In this document: piece by piece, positions 34,361-47,050 of the stretch
Layout of the letters: the number at the start of each line of letters is the position of its first letter
Position numbering within the stretch: position 1 is the first letter of the stretch
Source of the DNA: Callorhinchus milii
Taxonomy: Eukaryota
Reading direction: 5' to 3'
DNA: 64,000 bases
Assembly: GCF_018977255.1 (NCBI RefSeq)
Contig: NW_024704748.1
Coordinates: 15,624,001-15,688,000 of the forward strand
Notes under the pieces: generated by a model
Told to the model about the DNA's origin: nothing
Database searches by the model: none
What the model saw: only the letters and a program-made list of their open reading frames with translations
Position numbers and translations under genes: made by a program

Positions 34361-36589
34361 GATACAGTCTGATTTTTACATTCGTGCAAACTAAACTTTT
34401 AATGGAAGTGAATTTTACGCTTTTTTATAGATTTGTTAAAAAAATTTAAATGAAAGATCAGAAATTAAACAAAGGTATGATAACTTTCGACAGGCACAAG
34501 TCAGTGATAACAAAGAAAAGGTAGATTGATAGGCCGCTGAGTCATCAGGGCTGAGTCCTTCATTCAATCAATCTACTGTCCTCAGTCATTGTGTACTATC
34601 ACTAGCTCACCAACTTATCCATTTAAGCAAAAGTTAATATTTGATGCTTTTTCAAAAGATGTAAAATCGACATTGCCTTTGATATTCGAAGACTATGATT
34701 GGATGAGACATAGATTAGTGAGGGCAGTAGAAACCATGACAGATGCTAGTCCTAACATTATTGTTTTCAATTTTCTTTCTATATGAATGCAATCTAACAG
34801 GAGAGATATAGGCGACATTTGTTATTTCACACCGTTTCCCCCAGGCCATTTTGGGTGAGCTTCCTCAGACACAGCTTTGTGTGGAAATGTACTTGATCTG
34901 ATCAATGGTAAATTGAAAACACCATCGGAAAAGTTTCAGTATATAACTGAATTTGAAAGTCACTGTCTTCATGAACAAAGGCTACAGGAAAGATTCTCAT
35001 TTCCCTGAGAGCACATGAGCGGATATTATCACATCCCCTGCACACCAAGTGTCAACAATAATAAACATTCTGCATTTCATTCCACATTTCTATCTCCCCA
35101 AACCAACCCAAAAAAAAGGTGAATGCGTTTTCATGAAACGCGCTCTGTTAAATACAAATGTTTGTGCAAATTGTACAGGGAATTGAGGATAAACGGGTTG
35201 ACAGATTGATAGGTCGAGACCTCCGGTTGGGATTGCTGGTTCCCAAACCCCCAGTGTGGTGGCCACTGCCCAATACTACTATTGGATCTTTGTGTGACAT
35301 GATGTTGATTGAATCAGTGGCTTGTAGTTGTGTAGATTGAAGTAGTAAATGTGGTACACTGACTACCCCTGTGGATTAGCACTGTGTATAGTTCATGCTG
35401 TTGGCTGACTGAAAGTGATTTCCCTGTGGTGTCATGTGTATTAAAGAGGTTTCATGATGTTTGCCAAGTGAAGACTACTTGAAAACGATGAAAGTAGAAG
35501 TCTTTCCTCTGAAAATACTAAACGATGAATACGAAATGCTATAACATGGAGAATTTCAGAGAGAGGAAGTGAAGGCTGATTCAGTCTCCATCACTGTTAA
35601 GCGCTCTGAGACACTGCCGCATGAAGGACACTGTATAAGTGCAAGTTGTCGCTTTTGTTATTGGCTTGAAGTGAATGAGCATGACAATGCAGGGCACACC
35701 AGTGACATATGTGGAGCCTGTGTTATTGGCTGCTCAGATTGATTGACTAAATACATTCTATTTATTTACTCTTATCAAAATAACAGACGATATTTATCAT
35801 GCCAGCAATTGCATTTCTCATTCTAGCTGACACACAGGGAGAATGGCAGAACCATCAAAGCTATATAGGCAGATAGTACATAGGGAGGATATCATCAGGT
35901 AGACTCACCAAAACCATATGGGAGATAGTATATAGGGAGGAAATGATACCAATGTGGGAACAGTAGCAGGTAGATGGGTCTGGAGGGTAGCTAATCAAGT
36001 TTGAATGATAGAGTGGATTGGATAGTTTAGAGACCATGCTATAATCTTTGGAGATTTTTATATTTTATGTCTATTTCATCTTTTTCATCTCACTGTCTCT
36101 TGAACCCATTTAATATCAATTCCAACTGATTCAGGAACGATCTCTAGTACACCTGTTAACTTTTATGTGAAATTGTTTTGCTCAATTTTCCATTCACTCC
36201 TAGTTTTCTCACTTTTAACAGCCTTTACTTTTTAAATCCTTCAATTAATGTAAACAATTTATCTGGATCAACTTAATCAATTCCATTCAGAATTGTAAAG
36301 CTTGTTTTGTTCTCCCCCCACCCCTCATGAGAGTGAGAACAGGCCATGCTTCCTTTCCCATTAGCAGTAATGATTTCAAACTCCCAAGAACTGGTCTCTT
36401 CATGTACAAAGCATGGTTACACACTGGAAAAGTTTAGCTCTTTACTGAAAGGACTTCAATTAACATAGACAAGGTATGAAATAACTAAGCGTTTTGCCAA
36501 AAAATAAATCTTATGTAACACTGTCTGACTACTCATATGATCAATGCTTTTGTTTAAATTACAAAAAGTCAAATGCAATGTAAAAAAAA

Positions 36590-36908
36590 CCTTCCATTTA
36601 ATATAGTGATTTACCACATCTTTGAGACATCTCAAAAAGCTTCGCAGAATATACTGTAAAGTGAATTGACTGTATATTTTGTGGGTGAAACATGACAGTC
36701 AATTGTGCACAACAGTGTCCCACAAACAGTCATGGATTGAGTGACCAAATTATTATCATTATTTTTTAAGAGATTATTACCCATGGAAAAGTGATCCGCC
36801 AATCAACCAACAACCGGGTTTCTACTTACTGCTAGGTAAACAGAGGCATGTGGATTAAGGAAACTTGTCCAATGTCTCGCCCTGCCCGGGAATCAAATCC
36901 AGGTTCTC
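36590..36908 (-). mobile_element. SINE, long (CORE-containing) variant, head truncated
   Basis: Same family but with an extra ~64-nt block GGAAAAGTGATCCGCCAATC...CTTACTGCTAGGTAAACAG (36780-36843). Confidence 0.9.
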
Positions 36909-37444
36909 TAATACATTAATACTAAATGTACTTTATACCTTTACTTTATTTATACCTTGTATAAATCTGAGGCAGATCTGAAATCACTGAAACATTTTAG
37001 CTAAAGCTAATCAAATCTGTACAAATCCCTCACCAAAACTAAGAAAACGCAATAGCAGATTGGTGGGATTCATTGCAGTAACAGCCATTCAATCCAGAAT
37101 CCTATCCATTCCTGGGTCCAGATCTTCCCTTGGCCTCTACAATACAAATAAGGGTTTTAGCTTGTGTGTTTGTGTCATAACTTGTCAGGTGTCAGAGTCG
37201 AGAACATCTGTGAATGACAGGTGTTATACGTTTTTATGTTTACAATATTGATTTTTCACTGATGAGTTAGTGTGTTCTCTTGTCTTTAGGTGCCTGTCTA
37301 AGTTTTCTCATGATGCTTTATTGGGTATATGTCATTTTCCTAGCAGACTATTAATGGGTTTGAGGTCAGTTTCCTTGGCAGTCCAGTAATGAGCATGTGT
37401 CGGTGTCCCCTGCAGACTAGTGGTAACTATAGACTCCAGCTTTG

Positions 37445-37920
37445 GTAATAACAATAATAATCCTTACAGTTGATGCAGCGTCTTTCAAATCAGGAGAACA
37501 TCTCAAAGCACTTCAAAGGATTTACTGTAAAGTGTAGTGACTGCATATTTTGCATACAAATCAACTGGAGTGTAATATTTGAACTCCAAGGAATACAGTT
37601 TAATCACCAAGGAAGAAGCAAATGACAAAGGTAATCCAATTTTCATGGGGCATTAGATGTCATCTAGAAATAATCCTTATAGTTGATACACAATCTACAA
37701 CTTCAAATGTCTTAAAGCTCTTCATAGGTAATTACTGCCAAGTGTAGTGACTGTTTTTGTAGGAAAAAGTAATTTCCAGTTTTGTGCACAATAAAGGGCC
37801 ACAAGTACTCATTAGGTGAGGGACCAATTTAACTGGGAGATTGTTGGACATAACACCGGGAGAAACCTCTAGCTGTTTTCATGGAATCTTAATATCCACC
37901 TCAACAGTGAATTAGTAAGT
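37445..37920 (-). mobile_element. Two old Deu SINE 3' fragments (37445-37560, 37670-37920)
   Basis: Each begins AATAATCCTTA(C/T)AGTTGAT and contains TCTCAAAGCACTTCA...ACTG(T/C)(A/C)AAGTGTAGTGACTG-like segments. Confidence 0.65.
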
Positions 37921-37989
37921 TAATTTAACCACCCTCCCTCAGGAAGAATAGTTTTCTCCTCTGCAACTGAAAGCATGAAGTGGAGACAT

Positions 37990-38325
37990 ACAACAACAAC
38001 TTGCACTTATATAATGCCTTCCATGCAGGGTAGTGTCTCAGAGTGCTTAACAGTGGCGGAGCCTGATTCTCAGGGGGCGGGAAGAGGCCGTACGCACGGT
38101 CGAAGGGGAAGGCTTTCAGACACGACTTGAAAAAGGGGAGAGGGGGTGCAAGGTGGAGGGATTGAGGGAGAGAGTTCTAGAGTTTCAGGGCGTAGTGGCT
38201 GAAAGCGCGACCTCCGATGGTGGGGTGGAGAGTTCGAGGGACGAGCAGGAGGTCGGTGCGGGTTGAGCGGAGTGGAGGATTGGGGAGTGAGGAGGTCGAA
38301 GAGCTCTGAAGAGGTTGGTAAGGAG
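37990..38325 (-). mobile_element. L2 LINE 3' end (second tail type)
   Basis: (AAC)n-TTGCACTTATATAATGCC tail; minus strand encodes ...IGGRAFSHYALKL-NSLP...FKSCLKAFPFDRAY-like L2 C-terminus. Confidence 0.9.
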
Positions 38326-40179
38326 ATCATAATCCCTCATAAAGCCTCTGTCAGTGCTCCCCTACAGGTGATGGTGAGCAACACTGGTTTAATAAAACCT
38401 TGGACTGCCCATGTCTAACACCAACTGGGAAAAAACAGGTCAAAGAATAAATTCCCTCAGTGCAAAGGGAATACATTGTCCATTCAGTGACTAGATATAA
38501 AACGGCAGGTAAGGAAGATTTATAAAATTGGCATGAAGTGGAGCTCAGGCAGAATGAATCGAGAAAATGTAATTATCCATGGAATGTAATCATTAGTATA
38601 CACGAATCGAAAGTCTCAATGTGCTGGCTTTGAAATTACAAACACATTCAACATTTATGGCAAGGATTGAGCAAAGCAAAAAGTCAAGTTCAGACCAGCT
38701 CAAACTTGATGCATTATCACACAGAGGGTGACATTTCTTTTGCCACTAAATGTAACGAAAGTGATGATGGTTTAGAATGGGATTTTCCTCATATGAACAC
38801 ACACCATCAAAATCAGTATACTTTATGGTACACTTGCTCCAAGCATCACCAGCCTGCCTGCTTTAATCAGCTTCCCTGCACGAGACCTGCCCGAGAAATT
38901 GTTACCATTTAGATATCTGCAGGAGGAGGTCTGTGCTTTTATCTTACTTAGTGCAGTATCTTAGCACACCGACACAGCTCACTGTCTTGTTTTTCATTAC
39001 AAAATGTCAACCATTATTAAAAGTCAATAATTTAGTTAAAAAAAACTCATCAGCTCCAGGAAAATATAGATGTCATGTTGATTCTTCTATTCTCCCCTCC
39101 CCCACTCCATCAGTGAGAGGATAATTCCTGTGATTTGAGTATAGAACTCTAAAGGGCAAACCATTTCCATTCTCTCTCACTGTGTGGAATTTCAGTAGAT
39201 TAAACCACCTATCTTTTCCTCCCACTTCATATAAATTCTTCAGAACAATTCGAATATGAATTGTACATTTTAGCATAAAATGTTTCTAAATCACAAAGCA
39301 GTTGAAATTACATTTTTTTAAAAATAAAATTCAGCTCAACACACAAAGGTAACAATTGACTTATTAAATTTTGCTGAGGGACTGCAACACAAGTTGAAAC
39401 TTAAATTAATATCACCTAAAATAAATGTACCTAGTGAGAATTTTCTAAGAATGGGCTGACCAGCTGAATGACTGATAAAATGGTTTGTAGTACAAAAGGC
39501 ACTGATAGTTTTAGGTTGAAGTTAATACATTCCTGTTCTAAAGCATTGTATCTCTTGATATCCTGGCTCTATATTTAGCAGGATTGATTTGATAACTGCT
39601 AAAAGAGATTGCCTATTCCTTCCTTTTTACTGATATGATATATGATATAACAATTCTTGCCTTGCTTAATATTCTACAGCATTAATTTGGACCATTACAA
39701 TTAACATGTGTTAATATATGGGCAGAAGTTACTTGTGACTTTATATCACTTTCAATTTTTGAAATTAAAAACCTTAATGTTATGGAGATTAAGTAAAACT
39801 AAATTTGCATGTCATTGGTTAAATTTTACATAATTGTAATTTAGCGCCATTAAAACTTTAATAAGATCGTCCAGGGAAAACACTGCAATGTATTACTAAA
39901 ATGGAGAGTAAAATACAACTACAAACGTAAGCAACGCTCTTGAAAATCCAGCCGTGAAAAGGGCTGACAAAAAAGGTTTTGAGCAGTTTTAGAGACTGAA
40001 TGGTTCGAACAAATTAACACACCATTTCACTGCTTCACTTTGGTTGCAATCCAGCCAGAGTGATAGAAAGTTTGACTCGAGTTTCAATCTATAAACCCAG
40101 CCAAACTCCTCCAATGATTCAAAGGGTAGAGGCACTGGCTGGTGAGACAGTAAACCAAAAGACCATAAGGGGGATGTTG

Positions 40180-40430
40180 AATTACATTTTCTAGAATGAG
40201 TTAACAGAATGGGTGCTACAAATGCACTGACGGGCACATTGACAGTGATTGGGTAACGGACATAATTGGGCTTGGCTGTGATCCATTCACACAATCAAAT
40301 CGCTTGCTGGCAATCACTCTCACTGTCTAAGCTCACACATGAAGATTGGCCAACATAGGTAAGATACCAGAGGTTCACCAGTTCTATGCCCCACATTAGA
40401 TAACACCTTTAGGCAACGAGAGAGAGAGTA
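40180..40430 (+). mobile_element. AmnSINE2-like old SINE, 3' part
   Basis: GGGCTTGGCTGTGAT...CTCACTGTCTAAGCTCACACATGAAGATTGGCCA...GATACCAGAGG matches the recalled AmnSINE2-type body. Confidence 0.6.
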
Positions 40431-41284
40431 GCACTTGAAGTGTCAACTGTTTCCACTTATATCAGAGGGGGTACAAGGATATCTGGTTTGGCAAAATGAA
40501 ATTAAAATGGGAGTACTGCAAGCCTAGGGCTAAGACTATTATTGAGAGAAGAGGAGACTATGATCTGAATCTGATCCATATTGTAGGAGAATTCAGAATG
40601 TTTTCTGTGTAAGTGAAAACCTATTTAGAATTATATCCCAATCTTAAATCTAAAGTTGAAAATTCTTGACGGAGTGATGATGTATGTGGGTGAGCACATA
40701 CACAAATGTAAAAACAGATAAAAGGTCCAATTGTAAAATGCTGCATGCAATATTTTCCCAGCAAACTAGGCCAACTATTTATAGCCCTTGAAAATGTTTT
40801 TAAAATGTGTAAAAGGCATTCTGGCAATTTGTGGAATGCTGAATATTTCATGTCTCACACAGACAGTTTCCATCAGGCCGATTAATAGATTTGGATTATC
40901 TTTCTGGATCTTTACAAGAATTCAGCAGTCTCATCTGGTGCACAGTGAATCCAGCAATTATGAAAAATGATTCATACAGAAAAAGCATATGACAGGAATG
41001 GAAAATGGAAATTCGTTGCATTCAAAATATGTACTCCATTAGAGCATACTTCATTTAATCCATTGTTACTTCAACAAAAATAATGTAGATAATTAAATTG
41101 CCCAAAGTCATCAAATTCATCTTCCAAAGTCTTCCTAACATTGTAAAGGTAACCAACGCCTGGTACAAGAGGTATTTCCAGCCTGTCACAGTTACAAAGG
41201 AGTCATAGAAGCTTTTCTAGGTCTCCAGTTCACCTGCTATCAGAAAGAATCTGAAGTCTGACAACTAGTCACTTATTGATTTTA

Positions 41285-41305
41285 GTGTGTGTGTGTGTGT
41301 GTGTG
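41285..41305. repeat. (GT)n microsatellite
   Basis: About 10 GT units. Confidence 0.95.
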
Positions 41306-41839
41306 CATGGGTGGTGGTGGGGGTTTAGGGAGTAGTTGAGGTAACAACTTATTATTCTGGTAGAATGATTGACAAATGTGGCGTGTGATGCACTGATGAT
41401 TCCTGGATGGATTTGAAAAGAATCCAGCGGATGAGCAGCAGGAAGCATTCATTCAGAACGTGGTGAAAATAAGGGGTGAGACATACATTTCATAGATGGT
41501 GTGGAGCATAGACAAGGAGACAGCTGCAAAGTATAGAATGGTTTATTTTGGGACAAGCAATGCTTTGCATGCTTATTTGTTTGATGAAGTAGACTAAGCA
41601 AAGTAGAGAAAGTTACAGAATTATACAACTTCTACACGAAGGGTGCTATATAAATGCAAGTTATTGTTGTACCTTGTCTTCACCAGTTTTTTCTACATCT
41701 TAGGATAAAATAAATGGCCTGAACATTTACTTTACATGTGCCAGAATGGCAAGCCCACTGTCACAACTCCAAGGAAGGAATAAGAAAATTGGTTCCAAGC
41801 ATGTTTGGGGTTATTGAGGTGATAAATCAATTTTCGCAG

Positions 41840-42150
41840 ATAATAATAATATTAATCCTTGCATTTGATATAGCGCTTTTCACGTCGGGAGGACGTCCCA
41901 AAGCGCTTCACAGAACATACTGTAAAGTGAATTGACTGTATATTTGTGGGCGAACGCGGCAGCCAATTACGCACAGCAATGTCCCACAAACAGTCGTAGA
42001 TTGAAAATGACCAATTTATTATTGTTTTGGAGGGATTATTATTAGGCGTGTGGAGTAAGGAAACTTGCCCAAGATTTCGTCCTGCCTGGAATTGAACTCA
42101 GGTCTCTCGCTTGCAAAGCGAGTGCTCTAACCACTGAGCTACATGACTCC
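41840..42150 (-). mobile_element. Full-length young SINE, CTCCC tail-loop variant
   Basis: Complete head/body; tail reads TGGGACGTC-CTCCC-GACGTGAAAAGCGC on the minus strand. Confidence 0.97.
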
Positions 42151-42437
42151 ACATAATAAAGTCTAGCTGCTCAGCAGATGGACAAATATCTTCACCCCAA
42201 AAAGGAGAGGAATGAGGGGTGGGGGGGGGATTAAAAGTGGTCAAACAGTAAGAAACTTATACATTTTCCTTGTGTGAAAAATATCAAACGTACCTGCAAA
42301 TGTTCAAAATAATGTTGGAAATAAGGACCACTTTCTAAATGATAACAAATTACAAAAAGGTCCAACCATCAAAAATAACTTGTTTTGTCCTTCATCATTT
42401 TGCAGCATCGTTCAAAGGCAATTTCAGAAAAGGACCT

Positions 42438-42462
42438 TCTCTCTCTCTCTCTCTCTCTCTCT
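42438..42462. repeat. (TC)n microsatellite
   Basis: About 12 TC units. Confidence 0.95.
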
Positions 42463-42666
42463 ACCCCCTCCCTCCTCCCAACACAGCAATTTAAAACAAA
42501 TCCACAGAAATGTGACACAAAGTGCTGCTTTGGTGACAAAGGATTACAAGCTGTAATGCAACCTCAGAGTTCAGAATACTAACAATGGACACGAGCCTTG
42601 TTCTAGCATTGTCCGAAGTCAGCCCAATTCCTCAGTTGGGTTATTGCCTGCAGTCCATTCTCATCC

Positions 42667-43061
42667 ACAATAACAACAACAATTTGGATTCATATAGCAC
42701 CCTCCATGCCGGACGGCGTCTCAGAGCGTTTCACAGTAACGGATCCTGGGGCCAAGCCAGGGAGAGGGGGAAGAAGATGACCAAAGGCACAGTCGAAAAG
42801 AAAGCTCTTCAGCCAAGACTTGAAAATAGGAAGAGAGGGGGCGACGCAAAGGGAGTGAGGAAGGGAGTTCCAGAGCCTCGGGGCGTAGTGGCTGAAGGCA
42901 CGGCCGCCGATAGTGGAGCGAAGGATTCGGGGGACAAGGAGGAGGTCAGACCCGGTGGATCAAAGGCAATGGACACTGTTGTGAGGAGAGAGGTCAGAGA
43001 GGTAGTGGGGTGCAGAGGAGTGGAGGGATTTGAAGACAAGAGTGAGGATCTTGAAGTCAAG
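42667..43061 (-). mobile_element. L2 LINE 3' end
   Basis: (AAC)n tail; purine-rich plus strand typical of antisense L2; minus strand encodes IGGRAFSHYAPRLWNSLPHSLC- and FKILTLVFKSLH-like motifs. Confidence 0.9.
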
Positions 43062-44827
43062 CATCCAGCATCCTTGAGGCACTTTGTGCTGCCATGAAAG
43101 AAACATTTCTCCTCTGAAAGTGTTGGAGATAATCTAGTTTCCACCCAATCAGGGACAAATCCACCCCAGTTGTGAGGGACTAGCAACCATCTTTGTTCAA
43201 CACTCTAAATCTATGGGATTTCAGTAAACCAAACCATTTCCTATTATGATGGAATTAAATTGAAACAAGTATGTATCACTTACACTGTGTATTCCTAATA
43301 TATGGACAACATTTACATGTGCAATTTCTGATACGTTTTCTTCCCAGAACAGTTCTAGCTCAGCATATTTTAACAAGATGCTTTAAGAGTATCATTTTCA
43401 GGAAAATGTTTGTCAATAAGGTTCTTCAATTTGCTTACAAATGTGGCATAGGGACACAAATTGTGTAGAAACACCACATTGCCACTTGCACATGAAGTAA
43501 TTGTGTACAAAATAATGTGACGCTCTTTTCACTTCTTTTTCCATCTCCAAACAAAAGCAGCTTTGATAAACATATTCTCCCAATGACAGTTCCCTTATGC
43601 ATTTTATATGTACTTAACATTTTCCAGTGCCTTGATGCATTTTTGTAAATCCACTACTGAATTATGACAATATCGAAGTACAGTATTTACCAGTGCTTCA
43701 TAGCATGTCATTACTTCCTTGGAATGGCATGCATATAGACAAGTATTTAAAATGCAAAGGACAATGGTTTTCATACCCTATGACGACATTTACAAATACA
43801 CCCAAATCTTTTTCCAACTCCACCCTATTCAATTATGTACATGTGACTATGTAATCATTTGTTTTAAGCCAAGAATGTTGATTTGTCATAGACAGTGTTT
43901 CTCAATATTAATTGTCATTTGACATTCATCCATTCAGTGCTCTCGTTGAACATCCTGCTCTCATACAATTGAAAACGTATTCATTTTGCATTGCAATCGC
44001 TTTGTTAGGATCATTAATAAATATTATGAACAGAAATCACGTGAGAGATCCCTGAAGATTCTGTTAGTCCTTGATGACCAATTTGAACAATTACGATTAA
44101 TAATTACACTCTCCTTCCTATTATCCAGCCAGAAAGGTGCTTTATCAAATGTAGGAATTATATTCATAAGTTCAACTAGGAACTCTGATTTATAGTCCTG
44201 TGGAAGTGGCATTTTTTGTGAATCTTCAGGCCAGCTATGTAACTGGGAAAATAAAGCATAAATAATAATAAATACATAATTAATAATAATTAATAAATAA
44301 TAAGAATTATTATTCATAGCTTTGAAACGTCTAAAAGACGTGAAAAGCGCTATATCAAATGTAAGTACTATTATTATAAAAAATAGGTAATTCAATCCTC
44401 CCATGAGAAAAAACATTCTTATTTTTCCCTTGGCAGGAGTCACCTGACACCATTGTAAATATTGCCTGTTAATACCCTTGCTGTTTAAACTGGAAATTAA
44501 AAGTCAATATAAGGATTTAAGAAAATACAGACTGAGAAAAGTCCACTCCTTCCAACAGACCGCATTATTTACACCATCGTTGACTTTCAAACCTCCTGAG
44601 AGAGGGGAGTAATCACAGATAAAGATTTGCAGTTCATTCAGTTTAATGCAGCACCTTGCCCTGCATGGTGCAAACCCTCATTATCAGCGCTTAAATTAAG
44701 TTGTTTTATTCAATACACGTAAAACAAAGGAATGCTGTAGATAAAGATATTTTTTTTCTACCTTTGCCACATAAGAACAGTGCTTTCTTGTTACCTTGCC
44801 ATCAGGCATTCCAAATACTGTACATAC

Positions 44828-44911
44828 CTGTGACTCACACTCAGGACAGAAATTGAGTGATCTATCACCTGGCTCGGGTTCGCACACTCTACACGAGCAG
44901 GCTAAGCTCAT
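44828..44911 (-). CDS. Candidate exon MSLACSCRVCEPEPGDRSLNFCPECESQ (unidentified)
   Basis: Acceptor TTTAATTTGCTGCCCCTTCTTAG, ATG 1 nt into the exon, CAG|GTATGT donor in phase 0; alternative in-frame donor AAG|GTAACA about 33 nt further. Confidence 0.2.
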
Positions 44912-45238
44912 GCTAAGAAGGGGCAGCAAATTAAAAAATGGTGAAAAGCAGACAACATGATTAGAGGCACAGGAGCAATGCAGTGGCATTACATAGGGTG
45001 TCCTGCTGCTCTGCTCAGCAAAAGAAGGCTCACTCTTGCCTGTGAAGAGCTTCAAAACTGGCCCGTGGAGACGGGATATTTTATTGTTCCACCTCAAATC
45101 ACCTGCTCTTGCCTCCAATATCTCTATCTATTTGCTCTCTATCTCCATCACCAAAAGCAGATTTTGCATTCCTCTTTTCTGTGGCTTTATTGTATTTTAG
45201 TGATTTGTCACTAATATTTTCTCTCGGAGCATACAAGT

Positions 45239-45560
45239 GGAGTCCTGTAGCTCAGTGGTTAGAGGACTCGCTTTGCAAGCGAGAGACCTTAGTTCAATTC
45301 CAGGCAGGGCGAAACCTTGGGCAAGTTTCCTTACTCCACACACCTAATAATAATCCCTCCAAAAAACCCCAAAAAACAATAATAAATTAGTCATTTTCAA
45401 TCTACGAATGTTTGTGGGACATTGCTGTGCGCAATTGGCTGCCGCGTTCGCCCACAAATATACAGTCAATTCACTTTACAGTGTGTTCTGTGAAGCGCTT
45501 TGGGACATCCTCCCAACGTGAAAAGCGCTATATCAAATGCAAGGATTATTATTATTATTA
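45239..45560 (+). mobile_element. Full-length young SINE, CTCCC tail-loop variant
   Basis: Complete head/body; tail TGGGACATC-CTCCC-AACGTGAAAAGCGC (CpG-decayed). Confidence 0.97.
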
Positions 45561-45698
45561 ATTGTTTCAGTTATTTCAGAAAGACTCCTAGAGAATGTAT
45601 TTTCAAAATGTTATTATTTCTAGTAGAATGACATGTATGTGTATGTGTTGCAGTGGGTCCACTGATAATGTACTGAAATATCAGAATGAAAACTTTAC

Positions 45699-45813
45699 CT
45701 TGTTGCTCCAGATGGACACGCCCGTTGCCTTGGAAGGAGAATTTGCTGCACTGGTACCAATCATCGCCAAATACCAGTTGGATTTAGGTGCAAATCAAAC
45801 CCAGTCCCTAGAG
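45699..45813 (-). other. Candidate 115-nt exon (ATG at 45764: MIGTSAANSPSKATGVSIWSNK)
   Basis: Acceptor TTTCAATTTATTCTTCAG, donor AAG|GTAAAG; all three frames have stops in the 5' half, so it could only be a UTR/start exon. Confidence 0.2.
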
Positions 45814-46376
45814 CTGAAGAATAAATTGAAACACACTGAGCCATCCAACTTTATCGGAACACAAACACATCAGCAATTCAAAAAAGCACATTGGCTGAAA
45901 GCACACCTACACAGATTATTTTAATTATCCGTATCTCGCCAAGGTTAGGCTGCACTTCATCAAAATTCAGAAACCTCATACTCTTGTGGGCAGAGCAAGC
46001 GGCCAAGCTGGAAATGAAAAGCCAGACAATCTTGAGTAGCTGCAGCACAATTCACTTACTGCAACACACTGGAATAATTGCTTATCCCTGGAAGAACAGG
46101 AACTCCTCCGCAATATTTTACACCACTCACAGGATTTTTGACACATGTCAAACTACTATTCTTTGGGGGGGGGGAAAAGGCTTTTAGACGAAAGATTACA
46201 ATTTTGAAATGAAGGAGGAGGGTCTTTGTTATTCCTTGCGCCATCTAAACCTGGAATTTTCAAAGCTCAAATTCAGATTTAAAGCCACCAATTGCAATTT
46301 TTTCCCTTGTTTCAGATTATGTGATTGGATGCATTGGTTTGACTATTTAATCAGATGCCTAAATTGGGATAAACTC

Positions 46377-46448
46377 AGTTCTGATGAACATTAACCCGCT
46401 TTTCACTTTCAGATGCTGACCAACCTAATATTTACGTTTATTTTAGAC
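46377..46448 (+). mobile_element. Second Penelope-like end fragment, hammerhead stem II deleted
   Basis: AGTTCTGATGA-ACATTAAC...TTTTCACTTTCAGATGCTGACCAACCT parallels the reverse complement of 27271-27407. Confidence 0.5.
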
Positions 46449-47050
46449 ACGTCTACAGACAGGCTAGCTTGTTGCGGATTGTAATGTGGGTTTTGGGGTT
46501 ACGTACTTACTGGCAACCTTATTTTTACTTCAGTGGGCTAGCGGGGTTTCCCACTTTTAATTACATCACACAGATACTTTCTTGCACAGCCCAAGCTGTA
46601 ACAACAACTGAACTGATGTGCGCAAAAAAACATTGCACGTTACAATATATCCCGTGAAGCAATTTGAGAAGTCCTCCTGACTTGACAGGTGCCATATCAA
46701 ATGTAATGATTATTATTATTTATTATTATGACTGTCAAACTCCACCAAGTTTTTCCATTGAAATGCCCAACACGTAACCACATTGCATTTTTTCAACCCT
46801 GCAAATGCAAATGGTGTAATTATTCCGGCCATTTCCAACCCTCTTTATGACAGAGGAGTTACCTTGACTGGTATGATTCTTGTAAAGGCTATTACTACAA
46901 CAGTTACACTCTTTCCAAACTATTGTATGGAGTTTACTCAATATTGTAGTTTGTTGCGTTCAGCGATCTTACAGTATCAGAAATTCTGGAAGTGAAATGT
47001 TTATTCCTGTTGCTTCACCGTATTGTGCCACTCTTCCCTCCTTCACAAGT

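Noticed and set aside
35130-35370. Exon-like minus-strand stretch after GCTAATCCACAG
   Set aside because: The open frame has no recognisable homology, the pyrimidine tract is weak, and there is no donor
41393-41430. CTGATGA...GAAA hammerhead-like spacing
   Set aside because: No convincing stems I-III; lies in probable CR1 debris
42585-43097. 170-aa plus-strand ORF
   Set aside because: Antisense reading of an L2 3' end
44696-45118. 140-aa minus-strand ORF as a single-exon gene
   Set aside because: Non-ATG start, no recognisable domain, and it runs through a pyrimidine tract/acceptor; only the internal exon-like part was kept as a weak candidate
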